DNA of 64,000 bases from Octopus sinensis. Lineage: Eukaryota. The notes below the pieces were generated by a model that searched no databases, was not told the origin of the DNA, and worked only from the letters and a program-made list of their open reading frames with translations. Made by a program: the position numbers and the translations under genes. Of the stretch, positions 13,691 to 28,948 are shown piece after piece (the first letter of the stretch is position 1; the number at the start of each line of letters is the position of its first letter). The stretch is taken from assembly GCF_006345805.1 (NCBI RefSeq), contig NC_043000.1:143840001-143904000 (forward strand), read 5' to 3'.

Positions 13691-16600
13691 ATTGTTACAT
13701 CACGTTCTATGGCATATCTGTCTTTTAATTTGGGGTATATATCGATGAAATTCTTAAATACATATAGACTGCTAAATAGTTAGAAATTGTATACTAAGAC
13801 ATTAATACACTAATACTTTAATATAAGATTATGAAGTAATTTATAGATTTGTTTCACCATATAAATATTGCTGTGAACCTGAATAAGAATAATAAATGCA
13901 TAAAAGGTCAAGAAAATCGAGCGCTGTTTTGCTCTAGAAGAGAGGTGGTAAACAAAAATAAGTATGAAATTATTGAAATGAAAACATGAAAATATTTGAG
14001 AGAAACGATACTTGTTATTATAGTAATTATTGTATCTTCTCAAATATGTGCACACCTGAAAATTTCTGTACTTTAGTGAAAATGAGAAGCTGTGAACATA
14101 TTGACTTTTAACTGTGTTATGTTTTCTCTAAATGTGTTTTGAGTTTACGCAAACTGTGTCGATGCCCAGGCTTCAGGGAACAACACATAATCTCCTACAC
14201 GCCTCACAAGTCACGCAACATACATGTTCGGATAATGGTGATTTACTTCCTTGGCCAAGATTACAAACTTTGACAGTCGCCTGTGCACATATTTGAATTT
14301 TTCAGCGTGGAAGGGTGAATGGCAAGCCCAAATCCAGGCTCATCTAAATTCATAATACATTAGTACGTGAATAAATAGAGTAAACTATGTGGTCCAGAAA
14401 TTATTCGATTTTAGCCACCATAGTATTCGTTCTCAGTCCACATTGAAAATATTAATATTTGCCTGACATCTTCAGTTTGAATTCAAACTTCCCTTTTATA
14501 TTCTCTGCAAGATTTATAAACAATTAAGCTATTTCAAGTTATGCATTTAGTTCTACAAGACAATACGATCTTCTTCTCCATATATTTAGCGAAACTAATA
14601 ATATACAAATATAACTTAGTCATAGAATGCTAACAGTGCTAGGGAAGGAAACGTTGTTTACTATTTATAAAGAAATAAATGTCATACAATTTATTCAAAT
14701 GAACTAGTTAAAATATCTCGTGGGTGAGCAATACACGAAACATCGCACAGGTATATTTTCATCGGAAAATATTAATAACATTAGTCTATGACAACATGTT
14801 GATTTTACTATATATTTTTGTGCTTATAGATGCTGAAGAAACGCCCTCAAATACAGGTACTAAAAATCGAAAGCATTCACTGATGATTATCTCTAATAAA
14901 TCAACAAATACCAAACGCAATCTCAAATATGAATGATTTCGTCTTTGATATATATACAAAATAATATTCCCCAGAATTACTCATGAATATTGTCCATTTG
15001 AAGTTCTTAGCCATATGGTTTAGACATACAGCGGTATATATTAAATATATATTGCATAATGTATTATCCTCGATATTTTGAACTTAGAGTATTAAAAAAA
15101 ATCTACATTCGGGTAATGGTATTAGAATATTAGAATAATTATATACATCTGAAGACAATAAAAGTATTTAAAAATTTCCAAGCAAAAAGAGTCACTGAGA
15201 GCAATTTACAAAACACAAATTAAAATTACACAAACAAACAATCAAACAAATAATAATTAAATAAAATTAGGTGAAACTACCAGAGACTGAAATCAATCAA
15301 GTATAAAAGTCCCATTCCCCATAAAAAGTTGATTTAATTTCGAAAACATTTCAAGTTGTCTCAAAGTTACTAAGCTGTACAAAATCACAGGCTTTATTTT
15401 ATGTAGTTTTGGTAAACCAATTTATATACAAATATACATACATACACACATGCACACATATACACACGTGTGCATAAACTATGGCATTGTAGCCATAATT
15501 AATTTAAGCTATACCTGCATCTGTCAAATATATCATTTAAACAAATATTCGTCCTTTATGAGTGTGCAGGCGCACGTTTATAAAGTTCTGAAAGGAATTG
15601 GGAGTCAGAAATTATGCAGTGAAGATGGGAACAGGACTATAGACAAAACAATGGTTGAGAGTTTATCGAAAGTGTAATGAATAGAGACCGAATGAAAATG
15701 TATTAAGAAATCCCTAAATCAGTAACATTAACGAAGAAAAGGACAGTGACACATAAACAAAAAAGAATGAGAGCTAAAAGACAGAAGGAGAAAGTAAGCG
15801 TATAGTACATAGATAAGAAAGAGACACCTATATTTACATATTTACACAGTCGTGTCTGAAGGAAGAAAACAGAGGGAACTGGACCAAGGGAAGTGCATGC
15901 ACCATTTGTTCATTGTTGCACTTATTTCCCACACTAATCTGTATACTTTTCGCTTAAAGCATCCTTAATTTACAATAGTACTACACCGTAATAAAAACGT
16001 ATCCTTATATTTTTAGTTGTAAGAAAACCTGTTAGTTTGAGCATAGTTTTTATATAATGATCTTAAGTGCTTAACTGATTTATATCCTAAAAGCTAGATA
16101 AATTCATCAATCCAGACAATATTTACAACTGAATATTTGTTGACGCATTGCAAGGCAGAAATGCATTCGACCGTAGAGTACTTTTTAATGATATCGTTTA
16201 AGTCAATGTAAGATCCTGCAATGACAATTCAAACGTACATACAATCTACAGTTCTTCAACACAAGTTATCTTGTTACAGCGATTATTCTTTTCTGTGTTT
16301 GTTCTATCATTCCTTCATTCGGTTCATTTGTTTTTAGATTTTCTGCCTCCCTCTTTCTCTCTCACTCTCTGTTACCAAATCGAAACCAAATAACTGCTGC
16401 AGCAGCTCTTCATAATGCCACTCCTTTTTCTACTTCACACAGCACTTTCTTGACGTAGCTTTCTATGAGATCATTTCATTTTAGAAATGGAAACCATGTC
16501 AAACATAAAGCAGAAACTAAATTGAAGTTGATATTGTACGTCTAGATATATTAATTATAAAGCAGTGAAAGATAAATTACCTCTATAGTCATGGCTAAAA

Positions 16601-18724
16601 CACATTACATCTTCGACTTCCTTGGTCAACAAAGAACAGCGAAGGCAATTTCCTTAAAGTAATCACTATTTTCTCAGAACAAGAACAATATTTTTAAAAA
16701 TACATTTACTGAAAAGACCAGATGGTAAGGAGTGGAACGCCTTTTAATAGTAGTCAACAATCACAACAGAAACATTTAGAAGTTTTGTGCCCTTGTTTTT
16801 TTTCAAATAACAATGCATTTCAGAAATTCATGCGGTAACTCTATGAGATTACTAAAGATAGAGCAGCCGTCATATACTAGCGAGTATAATTCGGTAGCAT
16901 GTACCAAGCTTTCACTTATTCATTGAAGTTCGTAGATTGTCATGCTTGCTCAATCCCCTGGACCGTTGCTGCGTCCGGGGGGGGGGCAAACATTGCAGTA
17001 ACTCACGCTGAAACAACACTCGGCTAGTGCTCGTTACAGCTGCGTAGACAGCAGCAACATAAAACCAAATCACTTGCTGAGGACAGATCGCTTTTTTATT
17101 GTTCAGTGCCGAAAACACGAACCATTAGTATATGCTACTCCATATTACTGACCTTAAATAATATTTCTTATTTCAGAGAAGAAAAAAGGTATCAGGAAAT
17201 ATCCATATTATTGTAAGCACAACATATATTTCTTCTTATCATGCGCACAATTTTCATAGACTACTGCCATTTAACACTGAAATCTACAGAAAAAGGGTTT
17301 CATATATAAACACATCCACATAGTCATTATTTTTTTCTTTCCCATAAACATTCACTTGAAAATGTATGAGCAAGAAATAAACAATATACCCAAATATTTA
17401 TATCGAGAGTAGTACTATATCTACACTCTCCAAATCGCATATCTATTGTGAAATTATAGTTTTGTTGCAACTATGGTGCTTTTAGAAGTAAAATATACAT
17501 ATATCTGTAGGCGTCTCTGTGTTTATAGGAGTATATATATACATATAAATATATATACACACACACAAATATATATATATATATATATATACATAGATGC
17601 ATATGTCTGTGTTTATATATGCATATATATATTATATATTTATATAAACATAAATATAGATGTATATATATGCGTGTGTGTGTGTATTTATGAATATGTA
17701 ACCATATATATACGTATATAGATTTATCGTATATAAAATTTCAGAGTAAAATCAACACATAGATGAAAAAAAAATGTTATAGAAAATTTTGCAATGGAGC
17801 GAAATCTATTATCAAAGATATCACATAAGTATTATTTTCAAGCAAAAGAGTGCACTCCAATCAATTGATATAATGGTATATTTATGATATATATATTTTC
17901 ATCCCTTCCTTCAATGTTATTGACTTCTTGACCTGAAAGCTAATAGAAAGACCTTGCTATCGTGTGCAAACACATAAACAAGTCTACCAAGAGACAACAG
18001 ATTTCAACTCCTTCAACGCAAACTGCCACTTTCAGTTTTGCGCATAGATATAATAGAGAGTGTGTGTTTTGTATTATTTGCTATGATGATATATTGAGGT
18101 GAGGGAGGTTTTCCTCTCAGACTGGATTATTGAAATGTTAAAAGCACTCAATAATAACGAAATTTATTGCTTCACACGTATACACGTACGCACGCACACA
18201 CACACACACAAAACACATACACACACCGACACGTAAGAATACATACTCACACACACACACACTCACACACACATGCACACATTCCCATTTGTTTCTACGT
18301 TAGCGCGCGACGGTTATATAGTTAGTATTATTACTATCCTTCAATATTTAATATATACTTCCACACACACATACATACACTCATATACACATAGACACTC
18401 TCACACACACATACATACACTCATATACACATATACACTCTCACACACACATACTCACATAGCCACGCACACACACACATGCACATATATACACAAACTA
18501 GATTCACATAAGCTTTACACATGTTTTGCTTGTGTATGCTAATATGCTTTGCAATAACTGTTAAATACACAATTGCGTAATCTGATTAGCACTCCAGAAC
18601 ATCAGAAGAAAGTAGTAATTTAATACATTGTTAATTACCGACCGCAATTTGTATGCAAAACTAAGTAAATGTCGTGCTATATCATTCACAGAAAGAATTT
18701 TTTTTGTACATACATATAAAGTGA

Positions 18725-18985
18725 ATATGTATGGCCTTGTGGTTGGTGGTGTTACAGTGGTGATCGTAAGAATACAGCTTTTATTTCCAGACCAGTGAGG
18801 CATTGCGTCTTCCAGCTAGACACTTTATTTTTACTTGCTGCACTGAGTTTTAAGTGGGTAATCCTACGACAAACTGGTGTTCCGCTCAAGAAGATTGCAT
18901 GCTTACTTACAAAGTGAATGGTGTGGCATCATTCGAAAACCACAATAATGCCAGGAAGTGCAGCGTTGTCAATGGTTTATGGCAA
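18725..18985 (+). mobile_element. Old tRNA-headed SINE with family-C-like head/core and family-B-like tail
   Basis: gtatggccttgtggtt...gatcgtaag...ccagaccagtgaggcattgcgtcttccagctagacactttattt resembles the 49.3/57.0-kb heads. gtggcatcattcgaaaaccacaataatgc resembles the 44.2/46.6-kb tails. Confidence 0.45.
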
Positions 18986-19545
18986 AAATCGCTACTGTAG
19001 ACGAGGCATTAACACACAGTAACATTCTATATTCTCATATATGTGCGTGTGTATGTGTGTGTCTGTCTGTGTGCAAATACACATTTATAAAGAGTGAGAA
19101 AAAAAAATATGACAAAGGTATGCAAACTCGAGTGTATATCAGTACATTTATTTACGGTTGTAGATTCCATTGTTAGCTTAGTTATCGAACTGCCCATGGG
19201 CGCCGAACGTATCATTCTCCTGTGTGCAAGTGTTTCGTTACAAATTATATGAGGGATGAGAAAATCCTTCAGTTCTCTGTTAATTACGACAAAGTTTATG
19301 ATTCTTCACTAAGAATATTTAAGAAGGATGTAGATATGTTCTGTAGTTGCCAAACTGATTAAAAATATTATTACAAAAGCTTCAGTTCCGCATTGTTTTT
19401 CTATAATTACATTTTCGATGTCCTGCTTCTAGTATTTTTATTACTGCTTAATTGTAGATGCTTATGTGGTTAACTCATTTTAGTCAATAAATGCAGTGCT
19501 TGCTTGTACACTTCGTAATTGCAAGTGGCAGTGAAGAAAACGTAT

Positions 19546-19548
<3 letters not shown>

Positions 19549-19598
<50 letters not shown>

Positions 19599-19628
19599 TA
19601 TATATATATTATATATATATATATATAT
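19549..19628. repeat. (TA)n microsatellite next to the mariner insertion
   Basis: Direct reading. Confidence 0.9.
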
Positions 19629-19635
19629 GTAAGTA

Positions 19636-20898
19636 TTGGATCATCCCATAAATAATGCGGTTTTTTTCAATTGCATGAACTAAAAGTCGGATGGGGATGG
19701 GATAAATGATCTGCATAAAAGCAGGTAGTAATTTTACTTTGTACACATTTTTAGGGCAAATTTTGAAGAGTGCAGTTCGATTTTAACAGGTAATTTTTCA
19801 AAGCTATAAAGGAAAGTGACAAAATGCATATTCATCATATTTTGCTTGTATATTGCAATAAAGCAATAAAGGCAGCAACGCAACGGAAATTGCGAGGAAT
19901 ATTAATGCAGTTTATGGGGATTAGTCAATAAGTGTAAGCCAATGTCAACAGGGGTTCCAGAAATTCCGAGCCGGAAACTACAGCTTGGAAGATGTGTCTC
20001 GTCCTGGAAGATCCACAGAGCTCGACGAGGATGTCCTGCAAACCCTGTTGGAAAATAATCCCATCGTAACGGTTGAGGAACTAGCATAGAAACTTGGATT
20101 TGCTCATTCAACCATTCAGCAACACCTGCGTGCTATCCCAAAATTCACGAGTAGGTCAATGGGTTCCTCTCAAACTTTTATAGATTAATTGCATGCAGAG
20201 GGTGAATGTGTGCTCTTCTCTGCCGTACTATCTGAGGAATGGACCATTTAGGAACTAGTTACAGGAAATGTGTTCTCTATAAATATGTCGACCATCGAAG
20301 ACAGTGGGTAGAGAAAGAGGAAACACCTGCACTCCAGGCTAAAGAAGGTTTACACACACGTAATGTGTTTTATCTGTGTATTGACATATAAAATGTTTGG
20401 TCCACTTTGAACTTTTAAACCCAAACCAAACGATAAGAAAGGAGATCTAACGCGAGTAGCTTGAGCGACTTAAGTCAGCGCTAGAAGAAAAATGACCATC
20501 TTTGTTTTTAAGACAAAAGGCGTTATTCGATCAGGATAAAGCTCGACCACATAAAGTGAGGATGACATTACAAAGGCTAGAGCAGTTTCAATGGAGAACG
20601 ATGCCCCACCCACCATATTTGTCGGACATTGCCCCATCTGATTATCATTTATTCCGCAGTCATCAAAATCTTTTGAACGGAGAAAATATGAATTCTGTAG
20701 ACGAGGTCAGAACAGTACTAGAGGAGTATTTTTCACGGACAAGGGAATTTTGAAAGAGGGACATTGCAAGTCTACCATATATATGGAATTGCATTGTAGA
20801 AAACGAAGAAGAGTATATTTTAGATTTAAAAAGAATTTTGGTTATCTTAATTCTGAAAAAAGTATTGAAAAACCCGCATTATTTATGGAATGACCCAA
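19636..20898 (+). mobile_element. Full-length but decayed mariner (Tc1/mariner) transposon, 1263 bp
   Basis: TIRs ttggatcatcccataaataatgcgg and ccgcattatttatggaatgacccaa are flanked by TA on both sides. Transposase remnants are DQDKARPH (HDNARPH-like) and PHPPYLSDIAPSDYHLF (YSPDLAPSD-like), with multiple stops and frameshifts. Confidence 0.95.
19810..20828 (+). pseudogene. Mariner transposase pseudogene
   Basis: Fragmented frames; the longest track piece, 20502-20753, carries the catalytic-domain motifs. Boundaries are approximate. Confidence 0.85.
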
Positions 20899-21504
20899 TA
20901 TATAATTGGACATTTCTCTTTACCAAAATATATTTAGTAATGTTTCAAATTTTATAATTTTTGATCGAAGTACTATGAGACTTTTATATTACTTGCTATA
21001 TGATGGTAGATTGAGAAGTGCGATGTTTTCCTGTCAGAATGAATTGCTGAAACGTGAAAAGCATATAATAATAATAAAGAAGCCTATGTAACCTCTTACG
21101 TATATCCAGCCATGTGTGTGTTTGTGCCTGCGTGCATGTGTGAGTGTAAGTGTGTGTGTGTGTATATGCATGGGTATGCCTGTATACAGCCGCAGGCACA
21201 ATCTCTTTTGTGTATATGCGCGTGACTAGAATATTAGAAACGTTGCCAGTTGTTAAGTTTCAGTGTTACAGCTTTGCAGTCTATGAGTGAAATAGTAGAG
21301 CCTCGAACATTGTGCTAATACAACATTAACTTCTTTATACCGAATGATATTCCAGGCTATATAGCCTTTGTTTTTCGTTCTTCTAATGTAGCTACAATGT
21401 ACACTTATCCCTGCATTTGTGTCGATTTCCTAATCCGTATATTCCTATGCGTTAGTTTGGAATTACAGCGTTCTCTGACCGGATTTTAAAAAAGCCAATA
21501 ACAT

Positions 21505-21712
21505 TAATTCCTACAAAGGCATTTACAGGTGCAATGCCTCAGCTTTAGTGGGGGAAATAGTTAGTTATATTGCATGAATACTCCATATGCACTTCTTTTA
21601 TTTCTACACCACAGTGAAGATGGAATGCAAAGTCAACCACTGCAGAATTTAAACTCTGAACGTAAATCAAAATGCCACATCTCATTTTGCGTGACGCTCT
21701 ATCGAATCTGAA
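21505..21712 (-). mobile_element. Highly degenerate SINE, family D
   Basis: gatggaatgcaaagtcaaccactgcagaatttaaactctgaacgtaaa matches the 9.0-kb copy pattern. Confidence 0.5.
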
Positions 21713-24021
21713 GGCACTGACCTAAACAATCTATAAATTTATGAATTAATTACTTTTTAAAAAATAATTTGATGGAGTATAATAGTGTTGAAAATGAATT
21801 TGTTATCACGTTTACTTTGAAACCTTTCAGCTAAAAAGAAATTATGAACTCATGTTTAAAGATTAACAAGAGTGCAGTAGGATGATAAACGTGCACCTTG
21901 TGTCGCTTAGGCATCGTTATTATAGCTGCTAAAATATTCTCCCAAGTATTCTAAACAAAATCGATAAAAACGAAAACTTTACGATGATTTGCAGTAGTAT
22001 TAAAAAGTATGTCAAATAACTTCATGATGAATGCATCACAACAGAACAGAATTAAGGATATTTTCGTTAACTGTTATATATGATCTCCGTATAATCTTTG
22101 AATCGGATCGAATGCCGCCTTTCTATAGCATTACGTGTCCTCCATATTACATCAGCATAAACAATAAATATAAAGAGCTAAACGTTATATAAACGTCATA
22201 TTAAAAAAAAACTGAATATATTTGATAAATGATTGATTTTTCAGGTGGAAATATGGTAAAGCCTGAAGCTCTCACACAAAATACCTAATTTTCTGATTCT
22301 CAGAATTTTAGAAATGAAATTATGATATTTTGTAAGTGATCACACACGGTTCTGAATTGCCACGTATTGCGTGCATAGACCGAGGAATGTTATTTTCCTG
22401 AGTGCAATTCTGATAAATATATTTGCTTTCGTGTACTCTTTTTGCAATGTTTCTAACAAATGTATTCAGATTTTCGGATTTGCATGCATAATATACATGA
22501 ATGTATTTGAATGAAGAAGAGATTAAATCGTTAGTAACTTCGCTGCACGCAGATTCTGAAGTTGGTATGTAATGGATTTGTGTTCATCTATTTAATAAAC
22601 AGTCATACAATCAATCTTAAACACACAAACACACATTCACGCAAAAGATCGCAAACACCCGTTCACGCATATGATCTTACATTACATTCAGTATATTTTG
22701 CAAATAATTTAAATAAACTTACACCAGGCACATTCAAACAAGAATAACCGCGCTCCTCGTTTCTTTTGTATATAAACTTACACACACACACACTGACGCA
22801 CACGCGTGTGTGCGTGTGTCTATTCGTGCGTGAGTGTTTTCTGCATTACTCTCAGATAAACCAGCATTGAAACAAAATTATATTTATAATTGTGATCAGC
22901 AGTGAGAATATTTTTACATATATACACACAAATATATATTAAGTGAACATAGAGTTGAACAAAAGATAGCGAAAAAATCTTGAGACCTATTTTTTCATTC
23001 TTTTCCCATTTGTATATGCATCGAATCTTTTCTTTATGTATTTCAACATTGTTGAAATGTGGAATGAACTTTTATACAGATGCATCAATGCCTCTGCATA
23101 TCTATATAAGACAAACACATACACACTCATGCACACATGCACATATATACATTTTTCTAGATAGTAACATTCAACAAAGAAAAATCAAAATTTCAGCAAC
23201 TATCTAATACAAAATTGCAAGTATCTAACACATTTGCAAACTTACAAAATAAGAAAACTTCTATGAACGTGAGGAGACTGCTACAGAATGTATTTCAGAA
23301 CATTCTAGGTAACGTTAAACCAAAACCGTACTTAGACGACATCACTGTGAACTTTCTACGTTTTTTTCTTGAAAGAATAAAGGCACACCGTAGAGTGTAT
23401 ATATCCTTCTAAATGCCTTGGATGGAGTTCCAATAAATTTTTCCTCCTCATTTTAAATGTTACTTCTACACAAACCGGAAAGTAAAAAAATCATACAAAA
23501 TATGAATCAACTGATTAATGTAGGTTATTTTACAGCAGAAGCGAAAACATTTCATATGCATGTTTTGAAATTGTCTCTAATGGGGAAAGATCTGTTTCTA
23601 ACCGCAGATGAATTTCTTTTGTATATATAAAACGTGAGCTCTCTTGCAATTTAATCTGTTTTGCAAATCTTTAGTTAATTTCTGCGTTGGCTTTAATATA
23701 GGCTCAACATCACATGATGTGGTAAGCTGCAAAAATGTAGACTAGGCTGCTAAAAAGTACACTACCGCATAAAACATGAATAATAGGTTGGGTGAGGATG
23801 GGGGTGTTAAAATATGACAACTAAATTTTTTTAAATCTATTTTATATTGTTTGTGAGCCCAAAGTAAAGTAATGTTATATTGTAGAAATCAGCAACACAC
23901 ATGACGACTGAGATGTGAGTGAAATAAATGTGTGTCATTAATGAAAATCTAAAAGTCAAATACCGGAAAAAATTTTTTAAATTATATCTGCGTTAGGTTT
24001 GAAATGACATGATATGACATA

Positions 24022-24194
24022 GGCGCAGGAGTGGCTGTGTAGTAAGTAGCTTGTTTACCAACCACATGGTTCCGGGTTCAGTCCCACTGCGTGGCACCTT
24101 GGGCAAGTGTCTTCTACTATAGCCTCGGGCCGACCAAAGCCTTGTGAGTGGATTTGGTAGGTGGAAACTGAAAGAAGCCCGTCGTATATATGTA

Positions 24195-24242
<48 letters not shown>

Positions 24243-24483
24243 CGTGTGTATGTGTGTGTGTGTGTTTGTGTGTCTGTGTTTGTCCCCCTAGCATTGCTTG
24301 ACAACCGATGCTGGTGTGTTTATGTCCCCGTTACTTAGCGGTTTGGCAAAAGAAACCGATAGAATAAGTACTGGGCTTACAAAGAATAAGTCCCGGGGTC
24401 GAGTTGCTCGATTAAAGGCGGTGCTCCAGCATGGCCGCAGTCAAATGACTGAAACAAGTAAAAGAGTAAAAGAGTAAAAGAGA
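24022..24483 (+). mobile_element. tRNA-derived SINE, family A (young, full length, internal TA/TG microsatellite, (gtaaaaga)n tail)
   Basis: Head ggcgcaggagtggctgtgtagtaag...gggttcagtccc (A/B-box-like), core ggcaccttgggcaagtgtctt, tail gctccagcatggccgcagtcaaatgactgaaacaagtaaaagagtaaaaga. Very similar to the 36.5-kb and 47.2-kb copies. Confidence 0.93.
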
Positions 24484-25322
24484 TATGGTTCGAGTTAACA
24501 GGTTCAGAGTAGAACCAAGCATATATCTGTTGAAAGCAGCCAGTTTTACATCTTATGCATTATATACGATTCTTAGAAAAGTAAAGTTTTGGATTACGTA
24601 GTATATTTACAGGGTAACTAGCTGCGAATGAGATGTCGGAGAAAATTATACGATTCAAGCATTACTACTGAGGAGATGGAAGTAGGAATTGTAAATCAAG
24701 TTTTAAAAAAATAAACCCTAGATTCAGACAAAAGATTTTTATACTTCTTTTGGATCTTTGTGGGTTTTTTCACCGTTTACAATTTCGTACAAATTGTCTT
24801 CAAATTTGGTATATGGATTAAGTCTTCTATAATAATTCATTTTCTCTATAAATCTATAATTAAAAACATGTTAGCCTTTAAAATTTACCAAATTTGGGTA
24901 TTTTAGCCAATCAGAAGTGAGTAATTTAATATATCAATGTGGCGAAAATTTCTATTTCCATAGTAACCAAAGCAAAGAAGCACCAAGTGTTACATATTTG
25001 ACTGCGAAGAACTGTTTTTATAGTATCTACAATAAAATGATAAGTTGCACGAGATAAAGGAAAAGGCATGTGCGTTCAAATATGCTTAAGCTAATAGGAA
25101 GGATTAGCCAGGTTTCAAATGCGCAAGTAATGTGATGTTTCACGAAATTCTTTCTATGACCTCCTACCGGAAGAGGGCTAAGAAAATGAGAAGGAAGAAA
25201 GGATATATATACAACAGCACATACAAGAACTTATATACACATACACCCCTGTTTTTTTTATCTCGTCTAGTATATACATATATATATATAAATATATATA
25301 GGTGTGTGTGAGTGTGTTTGGG

Positions 25323-25364
<42 letters not shown>

Positions 25365-25634
25365 AATACATGCATACATACATACATATATCGGAAGCCA
25401 TTGATTTGGTAATGCAATATAAACTGTCTACTTGATTGAGATGAAGAAGGAAATATTAATCACCTATAAAAATAGATCTTCTCTCAGGTCACTCATTGTA
25501 GTAACTTAATTCTATAAGTTTCAATCTATATTTTGTCATATATATGTCTAGGTTATTTACACCAATCACCTTCACTCACTTATTTTCTTTCCCTTATTGC
25601 ATTCTCTTATTTTAAGGAAAATATGTGTGTATAC

Positions 25635-25668
<34 letters not shown>

Positions 25669-25754
25669 ATGTGTGTGTATGTGTGTATGCGTGTATATAT
25701 ATATATATATAAATATATACATACATTTATATATATATATATATGTACATACAT

Positions 25755-25823
<69 letters not shown>

Positions 25824-26454
25824 TATATATATTATATATATATATGTATATGTATATATATATACATACACACATACATACATACATACATACATACATA
25901 CATACATACATACATACAGATAAGCATACATATATACGAGGACTGTATAGACTGGTCAGATGTTTGTGATTTTTGTTGTTCTTTTTCGTCATTCTATCTC
26001 TACCTTATCCTCTCACTTCCTCTCTACGCACACGCATGCACGCACGCACCCACACAGTCACATGAACCCGCTCACACAAAACAAACAAACACACACACCG
26101 TCACACATACATATATGCTTCAAACTGAGATCATATTCAACATTTTTTTTACTCTTTATAAGGAGTTTAATATAATATTGTGTAGTTTAGTCAAGGAAAG
26201 AATAGTCATGAAACTGTTGAGATGTTGGAAATTCCCTTTGCGTTTCCTTTCACCTTTCCCAGAAACATATTGAAGGCACCAAATATCTCCCCGTCTCTAC
26301 AGCGATGAATTACTGACTTTTAAATGTTTCAAAGTATATTCATTTTTTTAATGTAGATATGTCCACCTCCGTTTCATTTTTTATGATACACAAGAAGACC
26401 CATTTTTTTAAATAATGTATCCTGAACAGAACTGGGGTTGTCACTAAAGAATAA

Positions 26455-26904
26455 GAACGGTTTTTGTGGTAGGAAGCCAGTTGCAAGTCTACTGTTCAGT
26501 TACGGTTCAGTTCATTCCATTATCAATGAAACTCTGTGCCAAAATTGCTTTCGTCTGATCGAAATGGCACTTGGGTTTCAGTTGCACACGATCTGCTTGA
26601 TTGTGTCAAGAACGATGAAAACTTTTTGAAAATTTTGCGTAGGCTTCTCTGTAGGTATCGCCAAGTCTTTGGCAAAATTTGTTGCAGATTCTCTGCTCAT
26701 ATTTCCTTGTCGTGGTCATTGCATTGATGACACGCTACGTACCTTCCTTCCAAGAATCGCTGTAAACAAGAGAAGTGAGATAGACCTTTAAGAATTCATG
26801 AGCATGCACAACAGAGTTCAAGGTTAATCTGTGTCAAACGCCTTTACTTTGCGTACTTCAGCTTCGTTACTATGGCAACAATCCAGATACTTGTTCAGAC
26901 CACG
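26455..26904. mobile_element. Rearranged mariner remnant: internal transposase piece on + joined to the inverted 5' end on -
   Basis: The plus strand gives SYGSVHSIINETL / VPKLLSSD...VSVAHDLLDCVKNDENFLK. The minus strand 26630-26725 gives KYEQRICNKFCQRLGDTYREAYAK (transposase N-terminus), with a TIR ending at 26904 followed by TA. Confidence 0.8.
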
Positions 26905-27228
26905 TATGTATATTTATTTGCGTGTGTAATTGAGAGCGATCCAAAATAAGACTCCGTTTCCAGAACAGATTAGACATTGTTTCTTTCAACATACCATAAA
27001 ACATTGTGATTTCTATCTAATGAGTTGAAAAGGCGTAGCGTATAAGACCTGGGGCAAGCGCCTTTCCCTTCAGCTATTATGATTCGTTACTTTAGGTGTA
27101 GGTAACTTCTAGTGGGCTATATATATTTTTTCAAACACGAAAAATTTACTGAATGACGGAAGTTGCAACTAACCATACACCATTAGAATTATGATTGTGG
27201 CTTGATACACGTTTATATATACTAGCGT

Positions 27229-27267
<39 letters not shown>

Positions 27268-28671
27268 ATATATATATACTTATCTACATGCATTCATACA
27301 GGCACGCACACATACACACACATATACATGTCGTGAACGAGCGCTGTCTTAGCTTCCTGTATCGCCACTGGTAAGAGAAAGCGACCGTAAATGGTAAAGT
27401 TAAATGTGCAATGAGAAAGAAAGAAAGAAAGAAAGAGAGTAAGAGAGAGAGAGAGAGAGAGAGAGAGATACAGTCATAGGGACATAGAAATGGAAACTTG
27501 TTGTTAGAGAGTTAAGTGAGAAGGAGAGATAGGAAAAGATTGTTTGAGTGTATAGACGAGAGAGAACACAAAGATTGCAGAAGATGCAGGAAAATGGAAG
27601 AATCAAAGAAAATATGAATACACAAATTGAAAACTCATATGACTTACAAAAGCGACAACAAGATGAAGAATAGATGAAAACAAAATACAATAGGGCTATA
27701 GAGCTAATTAATGTGTATTATTGGTGAATAATGTGGATGTAAATGGTATATTGAATACTATATCGGTTATATGAAGGAAACGAAATTAACGCACCGAAAG
27801 CTTTCAAAGACATTTGCATTCAAACACTCACAATAAAAAGTACGCATTGTCTCACAAAATCGACCACGTATATATACTCACCGTTCATGTCAATGTATGC
27901 ACTAAATACATACAGATGATGTGATACACTTAAACATATATATATATATGCAAACACCTTAGATATACACAAAAAGGTAGACGTATATATATACACGGAT
28001 TTATACAAGCATATATGTAGACACATTTATACACACTTATTTGAGAGCATATATGCGCGCCCTATAAATACATACACACACATACACACATACACACGCA
28101 TAGACATAAAATATATATTTTCGCGTACGCATGATTATGTATGTGCCAGTGTGTGTGTGTATCTGTGTATGTTTGTGTGGTTAGGCTGTGTGAGTACACC
28201 GTATACTTGCGAACATATTCTCCTTCCCGTTTGCCTTTCATTTCCATAAACGTAAACAGGCATACATATATATTTATGCATGCATACATTTATTATGATA
28301 GATGTGCGCGAGTGCGTATGTGTGTTTGTCTGTCGTTTTGTATATGCGGATATATACGTTTGCATATACTTTTATGTGCGTAAGCTTTTATATGTGTAAG
28401 CACATTTGTGCTTCTATTTGAATGTATATTGAATTTATCTTCTTTTTTTTTATTTTCCGTTCTTCATGCACAAATACCCTTGATTAATACTTCAACATAA
28501 GCACATTTATGCTAGGACGCCATTGCATATATATGTATACAAAGATACTGTACAATTCAGGCATTCAGGCTCATAACCTCATGCATATATCCACCCCACG
28601 TACCGAATGCAGGCACACGCACATACACACACACAAACAGAGGAGTACATTCGCACTCTTGTGTGTGTGTT

Positions 28672-28729
<58 letters not shown>

Positions 28730-28854
28730 CATACATACAGAGAGAGAGAGAGAGAGAATTATGGAGAGTGAGAGACAGCCTGTGTAAAATATATTTATTT
28801 GAATATGCAAGTGTTTTCTATTCAGGAATGTATTCATAATGTCTCCATTAAATA

Positions 28855-28884
28855 CTATTATTATTATTATTGTTATTATTATTA

Positions 28885-28948
<64 letters not shown>

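Noticed and set aside
22245-22255. 11-nt micro-exon-like tttttcag|GTGGAAATATG|gtaaag on +
   Set aside because: Such matches are expected by chance in 64 kb, and no partner exons were found.
25438-25485. Decayed hammerhead-like gagATGAAGA-AGG...CCT...atagatc-ttctctc between TA tracts
   Set aside because: Both core boxes are altered; it cannot be called without a consensus.
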